NCBI GenBank assembly: GCA_045615665.1
Contig: JAZLFJ010000001.1
Location: 1 to 61,210, forward strand
DNA from: Bacilli bacterium
GTDB lineage: Bacteria; Bacillota_I; Bacilli_A; RFN20; CAG-826
Length of the DNA stretch: 61,210 nt
Reading direction: 5' to 3'
Numbering within the stretch: the first letter of the stretch is position 1; every line of letters begins with the position of its first letter. The notes beneath the pieces were generated by a model. It worked only from the letters and a program-made list of their open reading frames with translations, was not told where the DNA came from and made no database searches. The translations under genes and the position numbers were made by a program. Shown here one piece after another: positions 41,459 to 51,119 of this stretch.

Positions 41459-42036
41459 TATTTATCTAAATCCTTAATAAAATCATCAATGAGTTTTTCG
41501 TTATCCTTAGAATTAACTTCACGAGATAGAACTTTTTTAGAGGCATCTAAAGCAACTGAAACGATTTCTTTATGTACCTCGTCTTTGCTCGCTTCAATTT
41601 CTTGGGCGATTTCTTCTTTGGCTTTTCGAACTTCTTCTTCACGAGCTAATTTAGCTTCGTTAGCAATTCTTTGTTTTTCTAAAAGGGCATCTTGTTTGGC
41701 TTGTTCAACTATTTCCAACGCTTCTTGACGTGAAGCAACGATTTGCTTTTCGGCATCTTCAACTTTATTTTTTGCATCTAATTCTCTTTGTTCAGCGTTT
41801 TTAATTTTGCCTTCGACATAATCTTTTCTATTTTTGATAAGTTTTTTTACTGGCTTATAGGCAAAATAGAAAACAACGAGCAAAAGCACGACGAACGCTA
41901 AAAAGATTGCTAAGGCATCCCACGGATTCGGGAATAGATAATGCAAAAAGTCTTCCTGCTCAAACGGTTTGCCTTCGCAAGCTGAGACAGCGACCGTCGC
42001 AAGAACTAATGGAAATAATCTCACGAGTCTTTTCAT
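41458..42036 (-). CDS. atpF: Fo subunit b with N-terminal lipoprotein signal peptide
   Basis: GGAGG SD before ATG 42036; TM helix followed by YKP and coiled coil; extra MKR...VSAC lipobox. Confidence 0.92.
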   Translation of the reverse strand: MKRLVRLFPLVLATVAVSACEGKPFEQEDFLHYLFPNPWDALAIFLAFVVLLLVVFYFAYKPVKKLIKNRKDYVEGKIKNAEQRELDAKNKVEDAEKQIVASRQEALEIVEQAKQDALLEKQRIANEAKLAREEEVRKAKEEIAQEIEASKDEVHKEIVSVALDASKKVLSREVNSKDNEKLIDDFIKDLDK

Positions 42037-42047
42037 TGCGGCACCTC

Positions 42048-42281
42048 CTAGTGACCATAGACAAAAATAAGAAGAATGGAAATAAGTAAGGCATAGATAC
42101 CGCAAGTTTCAACTAATGCAGCACCGATAATCATCGAAGAACGAAGTTTGCCGTACATTTCGGGATTGCGAGCCATACCTTCAATAGCTTTTCCAACAAG
42201 GAAACCTTCACCGATAGATGAACATCCTGAAGAGAAGATTGCTATTGCGGCTGCTAAAGCAATTAAACCAACATCACTCAT
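42048..42281 (-). CDS. atpE: Fo subunit c
   Basis: Two TM helices, ARNPE loop, VETCGIY. Confidence 0.96.
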   Translation of the reverse strand: MSDVGLIALAAAIAIFSSGCSSIGEGFLVGKAIEGMARNPEMYGKLRSSMIIGAALVETCGIYALLISILLIFVYGH

Positions 42282-43045
42282 TTGTTAACCTCCTTTCTTG
42301 TAGCTAAAACTACATTATTATCTAAATCTTCTGGTTTTTCTTGAGCAATAAATAAGGCGGTCAAGAAAACAAACACCATGGTTTGGATGAAAGCAGAGAA
42401 TAAATCAAAATAAGCATGTAATAGCGGAGTAGCAATTGGAACAAAGAAAATTTGATTTGCGCCGCTATTAATAAAACTAAATAACGAAGCAGACACCGAC
42501 TCTAATGACCAGTTGATAAGCGATAATAAAACCCATCCAACAATCGCATTACCAAACATACGGATAGTCATCGAAATAAGTGGAGCCCACATCGAGATGA
42601 GGTTAATTGGAAGAAAGAACGGAAATGGATCAATGAAACGTTTGAAATATTTCCAGTGGTTATATCTTACTGCAGTGAAATGAATGAGAATAAAGGTCAC
42701 TAAAGCCAAAGATAAAGGAACGGCGATGTTGTTCATTGGAGTTGGCAAGCCAGTAATTCCGATGATGAAAGATAAGAATAGGAAAGGAATAACTCCTAGT
42801 AAGACACCACCGAAATTATCAAAACCTTCACCCATCGTATCAGAGACAAAGGCATCGAGTTTTTCAACCGCCCATTCAACGATCATGAGCAAACCTTTTG
42901 ATGGTTTCTTATAATCTGCTTTGCGGGCCTTGATACCAACAATGATAGCTAAAACGATCAAAATTAAAATAATGCACAATCCAATGAATATTGGAGCGCT
43001 GGGGAATTTAAATTTCAAATATTCTTCGGTATAAACTCCAGCCAT
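42278..43045 (-). CDS. atpB: Fo subunit a
   Basis: S.T.RMFGN, FDLFSAFIQ..VF..LT. Confidence 0.95.
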   Translation of the reverse strand: MAGVYTEEYLKFKFPSAPIFIGLCIILILIVLAIIVGIKARKADYKKPSKGLLMIVEWAVEKLDAFVSDTMGEGFDNFGGVLLGVIPFLFLSFIIGITGLPTPMNNIAVPLSLALVTFILIHFTAVRYNHWKYFKRFIDPFPFFLPINLISMWAPLISMTIRMFGNAIVGWVLLSLINWSLESVSASLFSFINSGANQIFFVPIATPLLHAYFDLFSAFIQTMVFVFLTALFIAQEKPEDLDNNVVLATRKEVNK

Positions 43046-43476
43046 TATTTCTCATCCTTTTTTTGAGCGATTTCTAGCGGTCCTTTTTTCGAACGTGCCA
43101 TAACGATAATAACAACTATTTGCATTGGACTAATTCCAATGAGAAAACCCCAGAACGAATTATCAAAAAACGAAATGTGCCAAAAATATTGAAGGAGAAC
43201 TAATACAAGTATTCCTGCAACATATAAAGACATTCTCACAAAATAAAGCAGTAAGAATAGAGAACTTTTTGTTTCTTTTAAAGCAAGTTCAGAACTCTTG
43301 TAAAGTAAGAATAGATTCAATACTTCAATGGCAGTTCCTACGCTTACACCAACCATCCAACCAAATTGACCGAAAACAGCACCGACAATCGAAGCAAGAA
43401 TTAAAACAACGCCAATTAAAATGGCTAAAAGAATCATTCTTGTTAATTCAGAACATTTAGCCAAATAATTTTTCAT
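43045..43476 (-). CDS. atpI: ATP synthase protein I-like membrane protein
   Basis: 4 TM helices with Y..R motif; first gene of the atp operon. Confidence 0.7.
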   Translation of the reverse strand: MKNYLAKCSELTRMILLAILIGVVLILASIVGAVFGQFGWMVGVSVGTAIEVLNLFLLYKSSELALKETKSSLFLLLYFVRMSLYVAGILVLVLLQYFWHISFFDNSFWGFLIGISPMQIVVIIVMARSKKGPLEIAQKKDEK

Positions 43477-43504
43477 AATTATTTATATTAATATTCACAC
43501 ACAT

Positions 43505-43535
43505 AAAAAAGTCAAGCATAGCCTGACTTTTTCTT
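43505..43535 (-). terminator. Intrinsic terminator after the PFK gene
   Basis: AAAAAGTCA..TGACTTTTT hairpin with T tract. Confidence 0.65.
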
Positions 43536-43549
43536 ATAAATTAATTATA

Positions 43550-44749
43550 TTAAACACGAACTTTTTTAAGAAGAGTGGTTTCAATAATGCCATCCTTCAT
43601 TTTGATTTCAAGTTCGCCCTTGATGAGAGGTTCACAGTATACTTTAAACGAAGCATCCATATGTGAATCATCTTTCATCATTGTAGAAGGAACTTTTCTT
43701 TCAACGTTAGCAATTTTGCTAATATCAACTGTTTTGTATTCAACTTTATAAGGAGCATCGCTTAAACGTTTGATGGCGATCATGTGTCCGGTCATACCTT
43801 CAACAGCGTGTTTCACCGCTTCTCTACCACAAGCTTCTGCTTCTTCTGAATCGACTTTGGATGTTAAGAAGGAGAACGCTCTTTGTGGAAGCGATAATTC
43901 AATTGCACGAACAGAAATTCCTAAGCGAGAATTGATAAGTTTAGCAAGGTCACTTGCAGCACCGCCTAGTTGCTTATGTCCAAAGCTATCGACTTTGACG
44001 TTTGTTTCATCTCTTTCAAAGTCAATTCCTTCGGAAATTGCAACAATACAGATGCCTTTCTTCTCATAAATTTCACCGAATTCTTTGACAAATTTTTCAG
44101 TATCAAATTTGTTTTCTGGAAGGAAAATTAAGTCTGGTCTAGCGTGTTCAGGGAGTAAATCAGTTGCAGCAGTTAACCAGCCAGCGTTACGACCCATGAC
44201 TTCAATGATGTAGCCTTTGTAGCGATTATATGATTGAGCATCGGCGATTATTTCACGAGTTGTGTTAATAACATATTTAGCTGCACTACCAAAACCATTT
44301 GAATGGTCGGTTTCAGCCAAGTCATTATCGACGGTTTTTGGAACACCCATAACTTTGATATCAAGATTTAGTTCTTTACAAAGTAAAGAAAGTTTGTAAC
44401 AAGTATCCATCGAATCGTTACCGCCATTAACGAAAACATAACCGATGTTGTGTTTCTTACAGGTTTCAATAATCTTGGAATATTCTTCGTGATGGAAATC
44501 TTTTGGAAGTTTGTGACGAGATGTACCGAGAATTGAGCCTGGAGTTTGTTTTAGTAATTCAATTTGAGTAGGATCTTCTTTGCCTAAATCGATAATGTTA
44601 TCTTTTAATAATCCTTCAATACCATTAAGCGATCCATAAATATGTGAAATTTCAGAATGTTTTTGAGCCTCTTTAATTGCACCATAAAGCGAGGTATTGA
44701 TGACTGAGGTAGGTCCACCTGATTGGATGTAAACCATTGCTTTTGCCAT
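43550..44749 (-). CDS. pfp: 6-phosphofructokinase, predicted PPi-dependent
   Basis: QSGGPT.VIN, GGNDS, PKTVDND, EVMGRNAGW; ATG 44749 follows an AGGAG SD. Confidence 0.88.
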   Translation of the reverse strand: MAKAMVYIQSGGPTSVINTSLYGAIKEAQKHSEISHIYGSLNGIEGLLKDNIIDLGKEDPTQIELLKQTPGSILGTSRHKLPKDFHHEEYSKIIETCKKHNIGYVFVNGGNDSMDTCYKLSLLCKELNLDIKVMGVPKTVDNDLAETDHSNGFGSAAKYVINTTREIIADAQSYNRYKGYIIEVMGRNAGWLTAATDLLPEHARPDLIFLPENKFDTEKFVKEFGEIYEKKGICIVAISEGIDFERDETNVKVDSFGHKQLGGAASDLAKLINSRLGISVRAIELSLPQRAFSFLTSKVDSEEAEACGREAVKHAVEGMTGHMIAIKRLSDAPYKVEYKTVDISKIANVERKVPSTMMKDDSHMDASFKVYCEPLIKGELEIKMKDGIIETTLLKKVRV

Positions 44750-44858
44750 ATTTGTTCTCCTAACTTGATAGAGATAATCTCTATAATTTGCACATATATT
44801 TTCCATAAATTGAATATTTTTGTAAAGAAGTAATCTAAATTTTTTAGATTTTAATCTA

Positions 44859-44872
44859 TGAAAGCGCTTGCA
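44859..44872. promoter_or_regulatory. cre-like operator overlapping a -35 box
   Basis: TGAAAGCGCTTGCA matches the TGWAARCGYTWNCW consensus; TTGCAT(44868)-17-TATGAT promoter. Confidence 0.65.
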
Positions 44873-44924
44873 TGAATGCGTTTAACTAGTTATGATATAA
44901 TGGCGAAAAAGGAGGCAAAATTTC

Positions 44925-46565
44925 ATGTCTTTCAAATTAACATTCCAAGGACAAGAAAAAGTTTTCGAGAAAAAAGTCCAATTAAAAGACCTTATTGATA
45001 ACAAGGATAAATCAATCATTTGCGCAAGAGTTAACAACCGTCTTCGTGAATTAACATACGAAGTAAGCGATGATGCCAAAATTGAATTCCTCACCGTTAA
45101 AGACGGCGATGCAGTTCGTATTTATGAAGCATCTTTAAGATATGTTGTTGCGATGGCGTTTGCTCGTGCTTATCCAATGTTAGAAATTAGATTTGCTTAT
45201 AATGTTTCTCGTTCAGTCTTCATCCAAGTTCTTAACAAGGGTTATAACGTTAACCCAGCTATGGTTAAGAAGATTAGAGAAGAAATGGATAAGATTATTA
45301 AAGCAGACTATCCACTCGTTAGAGGTAAATACACTAACGATGAAGCTGTCAAAATTTATAAAGACAACAATTTAAATGATAAATTAGATGCTTTACAATA
45401 CCGTCCAGAGAAGACCATTCATTTATATGAATGCAATGGTTATTACAACTATATGTTTAGTCGTATGGTCCCATCGACCGGTTATTTAAAAACATATGAT
45501 TTATTCTATTATTCCCCAGGTATGATTCTTCAATACCCAAGAGCAGAAGTTGGCGGAGTAATTCCACCATTTGAAGATGCTCCTACATTTGGTAAAACTC
45601 TTAAAGAATCACACGAATGGGCAAAGATCGCAGGCGCTGATACAGTCGTCGGCATCAACAAGCACATCCAACGTGATGGCGTCATCGATTTCATTCAACT
45701 TTGCGAAGCAAGACACAATAGAATGCTTGCAGAACTCGGTGAAAAAATCGTTTCTGATAGCAACATCCGTTTAATTTGTATCGCTGGTCCATCTTCTTCA
45801 GGAAAGACCACCTTTGCAAATAGACTGAGAGTTGAACTTCTTTCAAGAGGTTTAAAACCAATTAGAATATCTTTGGATGACTATTATCTACCAAAATCAC
45901 AAGCACCAAAAGATGAAGATGGTAAGCCAGATTTAGAATCCATCGAAGCTTTAGATATCGATTTATTCAATAAGAATATGCTCGATTTAATCAATGGTGA
46001 AGAAGTTCAATTACCACAATTTGATTTTAAACTTGGTAAACGTGTTCCTGGTCGTAGAATTAAAGTTGCATTAGATGAGCCAATCATCATCGAAGGCATT
46101 CATGCCTTGAATGACCGCATGACCACCCTCATTCCGAGACACCAAAAATTCAAAATCTTCATCGCGCCACAAGCACAAATTAATCTTGATAACACCAATC
46201 CAGTTTCCATCACCGACCTTAGACTATTACGTCGTTTAGTCCGTGACTATAAATTTAGAAATGCTGCCGCAGAAGAAACAATCTCTATGTGGCCAAGTGT
46301 TAGAAGAGGCGAATTTAAATGGATTTATGACACTCAAGAAGGTGCTGACTATGTTTATAACTCAATGCTTTCTTATGAATTATGCGTCATGAAAAAATAC
46401 GCTCTTCCACTACTTCAAAATGTTGATGTTGAAAGCGAATATTTCCCAGTCGCTGAGAGATTAATTAGAATGCTTAAATACTTTGAAGATATGCCAGATG
46501 AATGGGTCCCATGTAACTCGCTCATGAGAGAATTCATCGGTGGATCTTGCTACGAAGGTGCATAA
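44925..46565 (+). CDS. Uridine/nucleoside kinase fused to ThrRS-like TGS and SAD domains
   Basis: N-terminal ARVNN.LREL TGS domain; C-terminal IAGPSSSGKTT, SLDDYY, IEGIHALN, RRLVRD. Confidence 0.88.
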   Translation: MSFKLTFQGQEKVFEKKVQLKDLIDNKDKSIICARVNNRLRELTYEVSDDAKIEFLTVKDGDAVRIYEASLRYVVAMAFARAYPMLEIRFAYNVSRSVFIQVLNKGYNVNPAMVKKIREEMDKIIKADYPLVRGKYTNDEAVKIYKDNNLNDKLDALQYRPEKTIHLYECNGYYNYMFSRMVPSTGYLKTYDLFYYSPGMILQYPRAEVGGVIPPFEDAPTFGKTLKESHEWAKIAGADTVVGINKHIQRDGVIDFIQLCEARHNRMLAELGEKIVSDSNIRLICIAGPSSSGKTTFANRLRVELLSRGLKPIRISLDDYYLPKSQAPKDEDGKPDLESIEALDIDLFNKNMLDLINGEEVQLPQFDFKLGKRVPGRRIKVALDEPIIIEGIHALNDRMTTLIPRHQKFKIFIAPQAQINLDNTNPVSITDLRLLRRLVRDYKFRNAAAEETISMWPSVRRGEFKWIYDTQEGADYVYNSMLSYELCVMKKYALPLLQNVDVESEYFPVAERLIRMLKYFEDMPDEWVPCNSLMREFIGGSCYEGA

Positions 46566-46578
46566 GAAAAAATCAATT

Positions 46579-46605
46579 GAAAAGCCTAGTATCTAGGCTT
46601 TTTTT
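46579..46605. terminator. Bidirectional intrinsic terminator
   Basis: AAAAGCCTAG-tat-CTAGGCTTTT between convergent genes. Confidence 0.8.
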
Positions 46606-46606
46606 A

Positions 46607-47713
46607 TTACTTATTTTCTTGTTGTGCTTTTTTGAAGAAGATTTGTCTTTCATTTTGATATATGACTTGGAGAGACGAATAATAAACATTCCTCATCATC
46701 ACATATCTAGTGGCTTCTTCTTGACTTATTCTCGTTAGATAAATCTTTGAGAATATCTCTTCGAGTCTAAAGAAAGATTCATAGAGTTGTAGAATCGTTA
46801 AATGGTAATAATATTGGGTGCGAGAATAAATTAATAATGGTGATGAATGGGCGATTTCAGAGGCCATTTCATAAACTTTAGAATAGTCGCTTAATCCTGC
46901 AAGCTTTTCGACACCATCGCGGAAATTAAATTTATAAGAGCACTCTGGCCCGTATTCTTCGATAGAAGTTAGCCAGCCATATTCGATGAATTTTTTCATA
47001 TCTTTGCTCTTTAAATCATATTTTTTCATATCTGCTTTAATATCGACAAAGACAGCGTCCGTTTCTTCACTTGAATTTAATGCGCCACGATATGCTAAAG
47101 CGTACCTTAAATGTTTTAAATATGATTTAATAACTGGATCACCATATTTATTGATTAATATCAATATACATTCAATTTCATGGAGTGTTCTCCAAGTTGA
47201 GAATGCTTCTGTTTCAAAACCTTTAACAATTAATTCAATAATTGCTTTTGAAACTTTGAAAGCTTTGTTCGCCATGTCCACCATCAAAGTTTCTTGAGGA
47301 TTCTTCTGTGGGTAATTACGTAATATTCCTAAAATGAAGTTTAGATATAACTCGATAGTAGAAATTGCAGGTGAAAACTTATTTGTGAATTGATCATTTT
47401 TGAAATCTAGATGTTCGTTGGTGAAATATTTATCAAGGGCAACAGAAACAATCTTAGAAAGCGCTAGGTCTTTATCTTTGATTTCTTTATTAAATGTAAA
47501 ATAAAAACCGTATTCATTAATTAAATACAAAAGAAGAACAACGCTATTGATAGGTAAGGATTTACCAAAAATGTTTTCCTCCATTAATTTAGAAGCATTC
47601 TCGAAAGCAAATTCGTAGCATTCAAAAATCTCTTCTTTATTTATAGAAGTAGGAACTCGAAGTTGTTCATAAACTTGATCGAATTGTTCTTTGGTTAATT
47701 TTAATGAATTCAT
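46607..47713 (-). CDS. DUF5677-like all-helical protein
   Basis: A...WRTLHE, YGW, Y..AS..AHSS pattern. Confidence 0.55.
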   Translation of the reverse strand: MNSLKLTKEQFDQVYEQLRVPTSINKEEIFECYEFAFENASKLMEENIFGKSLPINSVVLLLYLINEYGFYFTFNKEIKDKDLALSKIVSVALDKYFTNEHLDFKNDQFTNKFSPAISTIELYLNFILGILRNYPQKNPQETLMVDMANKAFKVSKAIIELIVKGFETEAFSTWRTLHEIECILILINKYGDPVIKSYLKHLRYALAYRGALNSSEETDAVFVDIKADMKKYDLKSKDMKKFIEYGWLTSIEEYGPECSYKFNFRDGVEKLAGLSDYSKVYEMASEIAHSSPLLIYSRTQYYYHLTILQLYESFFRLEEIFSKIYLTRISQEEATRYVMMRNVYYSSLQVIYQNERQIFFKKAQQENK

Positions 47714-47718
47714 ATTCC

Positions 47719-49203
47719 TTATTTGAAAGCTTTAAATGTTCGAGCGGATTGAACGGCACATTCCCAGGTTTTGCAGGCATTTTGCGCTGAAATAGCATCA
47801 ATTTGAGGTTTAAATTCTTTTTCGATGCAACGCATCATCGAGATTTCTTTTAATGAGCCAAAATATTTAGATTTACAACCCGCCATAAAAGCAGCGCCTA
47901 AAGCGGTAGTTTCTGTACAGCAAGGTTTTTCGATATTGATTTGAAGGATATCGGATTGGAACTGCATTAAATAATCACTCTTTGATGCACCACCATCAAC
48001 TTGAAGTGAAGTTAAGGATATTTTTGCTTCTTTAGCCATGACATCAAAGACGTCTTTAGTCTGAAAAGCAATTGCTTCTAATGCTGCACGACAAATATGG
48101 TTTTCGGTCGTCGCTCTAGTCATGCCGAAGATTGTGCCTCTTACATCGTTATCCCAATATGGTGTGCCTAAGCCAACAAAAGCTGGAACAAAAACTACAC
48201 CACCATTATCTTTAACGCTAGTTGCGGCTCCATCAACTTCAGGAGCACTGCTAATGCATTTAAGGCCATCTCTAAGCCATTGAATAACTGCACCACCAAT
48301 AAAGACGGAACCTTCGAGGGCATAACTAACTTTTCCGCCGATATTCCAAGCAACGGTTGTTAATAATCCGTTTTTAGAAAGAATTGGTGTACTACCTGTA
48401 TTCATTAGCATAAAACAACCAGTACCATAGGTATTCTTACAATCGCCCTCTTTAAAGCAGGCGTGTCCAAATAACGATGCTTGCTGATCGCCTAAAACTG
48501 CATAGATATGAACTTTCTTAGAAAAATATGAAGCAGTTCCAAAATCATAGTTACACGGGAAAACTCTTGGAAGCATTTGTTTTGGAATATCAAATAACTT
48601 CAATAAATCTTCGTCCCACTTTAAATCGAAGATGTTATAAAGCATCGTTCTACTGGCGTTAGTTGTATCTGTCGCATGAACAGCACCGTTGGTGAGACGA
48701 TAAATGAGCCAGGAATCGATGGTTCCAAAAAGAAGTTCGCCTCTTTTAGCTCTTTCTCTACTACCCTCGACATTGTCGAGAATGAATTTAAGTTTTGAAG
48801 CAGAGAAGAATGGGTTTATTAATAAACCGGTCTTGTTATGAATATATTCTTTTTTATCATTAAATTTATCGCAAATATCGCTAGATTGACGTGATTGCCA
48901 AATAATAGCGTTATAAATTGGTTTTCCAGTTTGTTTGTCCCAAACGACTGTGGTTTCGCGTTGATTTGTTATGCCAATTGAGTCTATATCAGCCCAAGTA
49001 GCATTTGCTTTAATTAAACATTCATTTATAACGTTAACGACACTGATCCAAATCACTAAAGCATCAGCTTCAACCCAACCTTCATGAGGATAGATTAAAG
49101 ATACTTCCTCTTGAGCAGTTGCGATAATATTGCCTCTTTTGTCAAAAAGGATTGCTCGAGAAGATGTTGTTCCTTGGTCGATAGATAAAACGTATTTTTC
49201 CAT
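47719..49203 (-). CDS. glpK: Glycerol kinase
   Basis: IDQGTTSSR, GITNQRETT, GDQQASLFG, KNTYGTGCF, YALEGSVF. Confidence 0.97.
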   Translation of the reverse strand: MEKYVLSIDQGTTSSRAILFDKRGNIIATAQEEVSLIYPHEGWVEADALVIWISVVNVINECLIKANATWADIDSIGITNQRETTVVWDKQTGKPIYNAIIWQSRQSSDICDKFNDKKEYIHNKTGLLINPFFSASKLKFILDNVEGSRERAKRGELLFGTIDSWLIYRLTNGAVHATDTTNASRTMLYNIFDLKWDEDLLKLFDIPKQMLPRVFPCNYDFGTASYFSKKVHIYAVLGDQQASLFGHACFKEGDCKNTYGTGCFMLMNTGSTPILSKNGLLTTVAWNIGGKVSYALEGSVFIGGAVIQWLRDGLKCISSAPEVDGAATSVKDNGGVVFVPAFVGLGTPYWDNDVRGTIFGMTRATTENHICRAALEAIAFQTKDVFDVMAKEAKISLTSLQVDGGASKSDYLMQFQSDILQINIEKPCCTETTALGAAFMAGCKSKYFGSLKEISMMRCIEKEFKPQIDAISAQNACKTWECAVQSARTFKAFK

Positions 49204-50465
49204 TATTTAGCCCTCAGAATTCTTTCAATATCATCAATTTCTTTAATAATGTCTTTTGACAAAACATCGCTGCCATTTTCAGTTACTAAGACATCGTCTT
49301 CAATACGGATACCAATGCCATATTCTTTAAAATATAAGCCTGGTTCGCAAGTAATAACCATTCCTGGAGCGAGTTTGGAATCGCGATCATTTCCATCGTG
49401 AGTGTCTAAACCGAGATGATGAGAAACGCTATGATAATAGACGTCTCTAATTCTATCTTTGGATGGAATGAGTCCTTGAGCAAAGCATTCTTCCGCTAAA
49501 TAATTAAGAGCAAAATCTTGCACTTCCCTTAGAAGAATGCCCGGTCTAATGAATTTAGCGGTTTGTTTATTACATTCTAAAACGATCGAATATATTTTCT
49601 TTTGTAAATCAGAATATTTCCCACTGATTGGATATGTTCTTGAAATATCGGCGCAATAATTGCCTTTGGCCGCACCAACATCTAAAAGAACTAAATCTCC
49701 GGCTTTAATAATGTCTTGCGCATCAGGATAATGGAGAATTACACCGTTTTTACCAGCGGCGACAATTGAAGGGAAAGCTAGCCCGGCATTCAAATCTTCC
49801 TTAACAGTGAACTCAAAAATGTTTCTTAGATTGTATTCAAATCTACCAGCCTTCATTGTGCTAAGAACATTTTTCAAAGCGACATCGGTAGTATTTATAG
49901 CATCTTTAATCATCTCGATTTCAGCAGGTGATTTGATGATTCTTAAACGCATGACAAAATCATGAATATCTTCAACACAAAGATTTGGATATTTGGCTTT
50001 GATTTCTTCTTCAAATTCGCGAGTTGATTTACGTTCGTCGATTTTAAGTTCGGATTCTAAATCTAAATATATTTTCTTAATCTCACCAAAGTGAGTCATA
50101 TTATTACCGAGTGAAGCATCGAGTTTGCCATCAAACGAGGAACGAACACATACATTTTCAATTCCAGATATTTCTCTAGCTTTTTCATCAGTTAATTTAA
50201 TACCAATCCATTTTTCAACCTTTTCATCTTTTTCATCGATGAATAAGTAGGTCGAAACTTCACCATCCGCTTTTACAAGCATAAGAATCGAATTATCTTG
50301 CTCTATCCCAGTTAAATAATAGAAATTGCGGTTAACTGCAAAATCGTAATCTTGATCACCGCTTCTTTTCTTCCCTACTCCTGCAAAAAGGATGGCGATT
50401 GAACCATCTTCTAATTTTTCAACTAGTCTTTCTCTTCTTTGACAATACTCTTCAGCTTTAATCAT
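49203..50465 (-). CDS. pepP: Xaa-Pro aminopeptidase (M24)
   Basis: NFYYLTG, LHY, DVGA...YCADISRT, HHLGLDTHD, EPGLY, RIEDD; likely ATG at 50465. Confidence 0.92.
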   Translation of the reverse strand: MIKAEEYCQRRERLVEKLEDGSIAILFAGVGKKRSGDQDYDFAVNRNFYYLTGIEQDNSILMLVKADGEVSTYLFIDEKDEKVEKWIGIKLTDEKAREISGIENVCVRSSFDGKLDASLGNNMTHFGEIKKIYLDLESELKIDERKSTREFEEEIKAKYPNLCVEDIHDFVMRLRIIKSPAEIEMIKDAINTTDVALKNVLSTMKAGRFEYNLRNIFEFTVKEDLNAGLAFPSIVAAGKNGVILHYPDAQDIIKAGDLVLLDVGAAKGNYCADISRTYPISGKYSDLQKKIYSIVLECNKQTAKFIRPGILLREVQDFALNYLAEECFAQGLIPSKDRIRDVYYHSVSHHLGLDTHDGNDRDSKLAPGMVITCEPGLYFKEYGIGIRIEDDVLVTENGSDVLSKDIIKEIDDIERILRAK

Positions 50466-50469
50466 AACT

Positions 50470-51063
50470 CTACCTTCTATAAACCTTCTTTGTTCCCATG
50501 ACTTCAATCGAAGCGTTAGGGAAATAATTTGCAAGTTCTTCTCCCGAATTTTCTTCGGCAAGAACGTCTACATTTATTCTATCCTCATACATTACATTTT
50601 CAAAAGAAAATTGTAACTTTCTAGATAAATGTTTAAGCTCTTCAAAATCACGATATGAGAGCGACATATGATAAATAAATTTGTTTTCAATAGTAACAAC
50701 ATCGGCGTTTGCTAAAACATTTACTCCGGTTTCTAAATAAGTCGACATTAGTCTTGATGCACCCAAAAGGACACCACCAAAATATCTAACTACAATCAAT
50801 AGAGTTTCGTCCATTTCCTTCTTTTCAAGAAGTTCTAATAAAGGGCGGCCGGCAGTTTTGGCTGGTTCGCCATCATCAGAACATTTCTTTTTATCGCCTA
50901 AAATGTAGGCATAACAATAGTGCTTAGCTTTTGGATATTGTTTACGGATATCATCAAGATATTGTTTTATTGATTCTAATGAAGTGACGTGAATTAAAAC
51001 ACCAACGAAGGAAGATCTATCTCTCACAAGTGTTATTTCATTTCGCTCCAATATCGTATTCAT
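50470..51063 (-). CDS. YigZ/IMPACT-family protein
   Basis: S.F, A.HYCYAY, SDDGEP..TAGRP, VVRYFGG.LLG. Confidence 0.92.
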   Translation of the reverse strand: MNTILERNEITLVRDRSSFVGVLIHVTSLESIKQYLDDIRKQYPKAKHYCYAYILGDKKKCSDDGEPAKTAGRPLLELLEKKEMDETLLIVVRYFGGVLLGASRLMSTYLETGVNVLANADVVTIENKFIYHMSLSYRDFEELKHLSRKLQFSFENVMYEDRINVDVLAEENSGEELANYFPNASIEVMGTKKVYRR

Positions 51064-51119
51064 TATGAGATATTATACTTTTTGTTTTTAAAATAGTATA
51101 ATCTTTCCACTACGCAATT

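Noticed and set aside
42037-42105. ORF-track N-terminal extensions (atpF, pfp, pepP, trxA, rlmN, rdgB, YhhN, transposase)
   Set aside because: Downstream ATGs with SDs or family-consistent N-termini fit better; most extensions overlap neighbouring genes or promoter regions.
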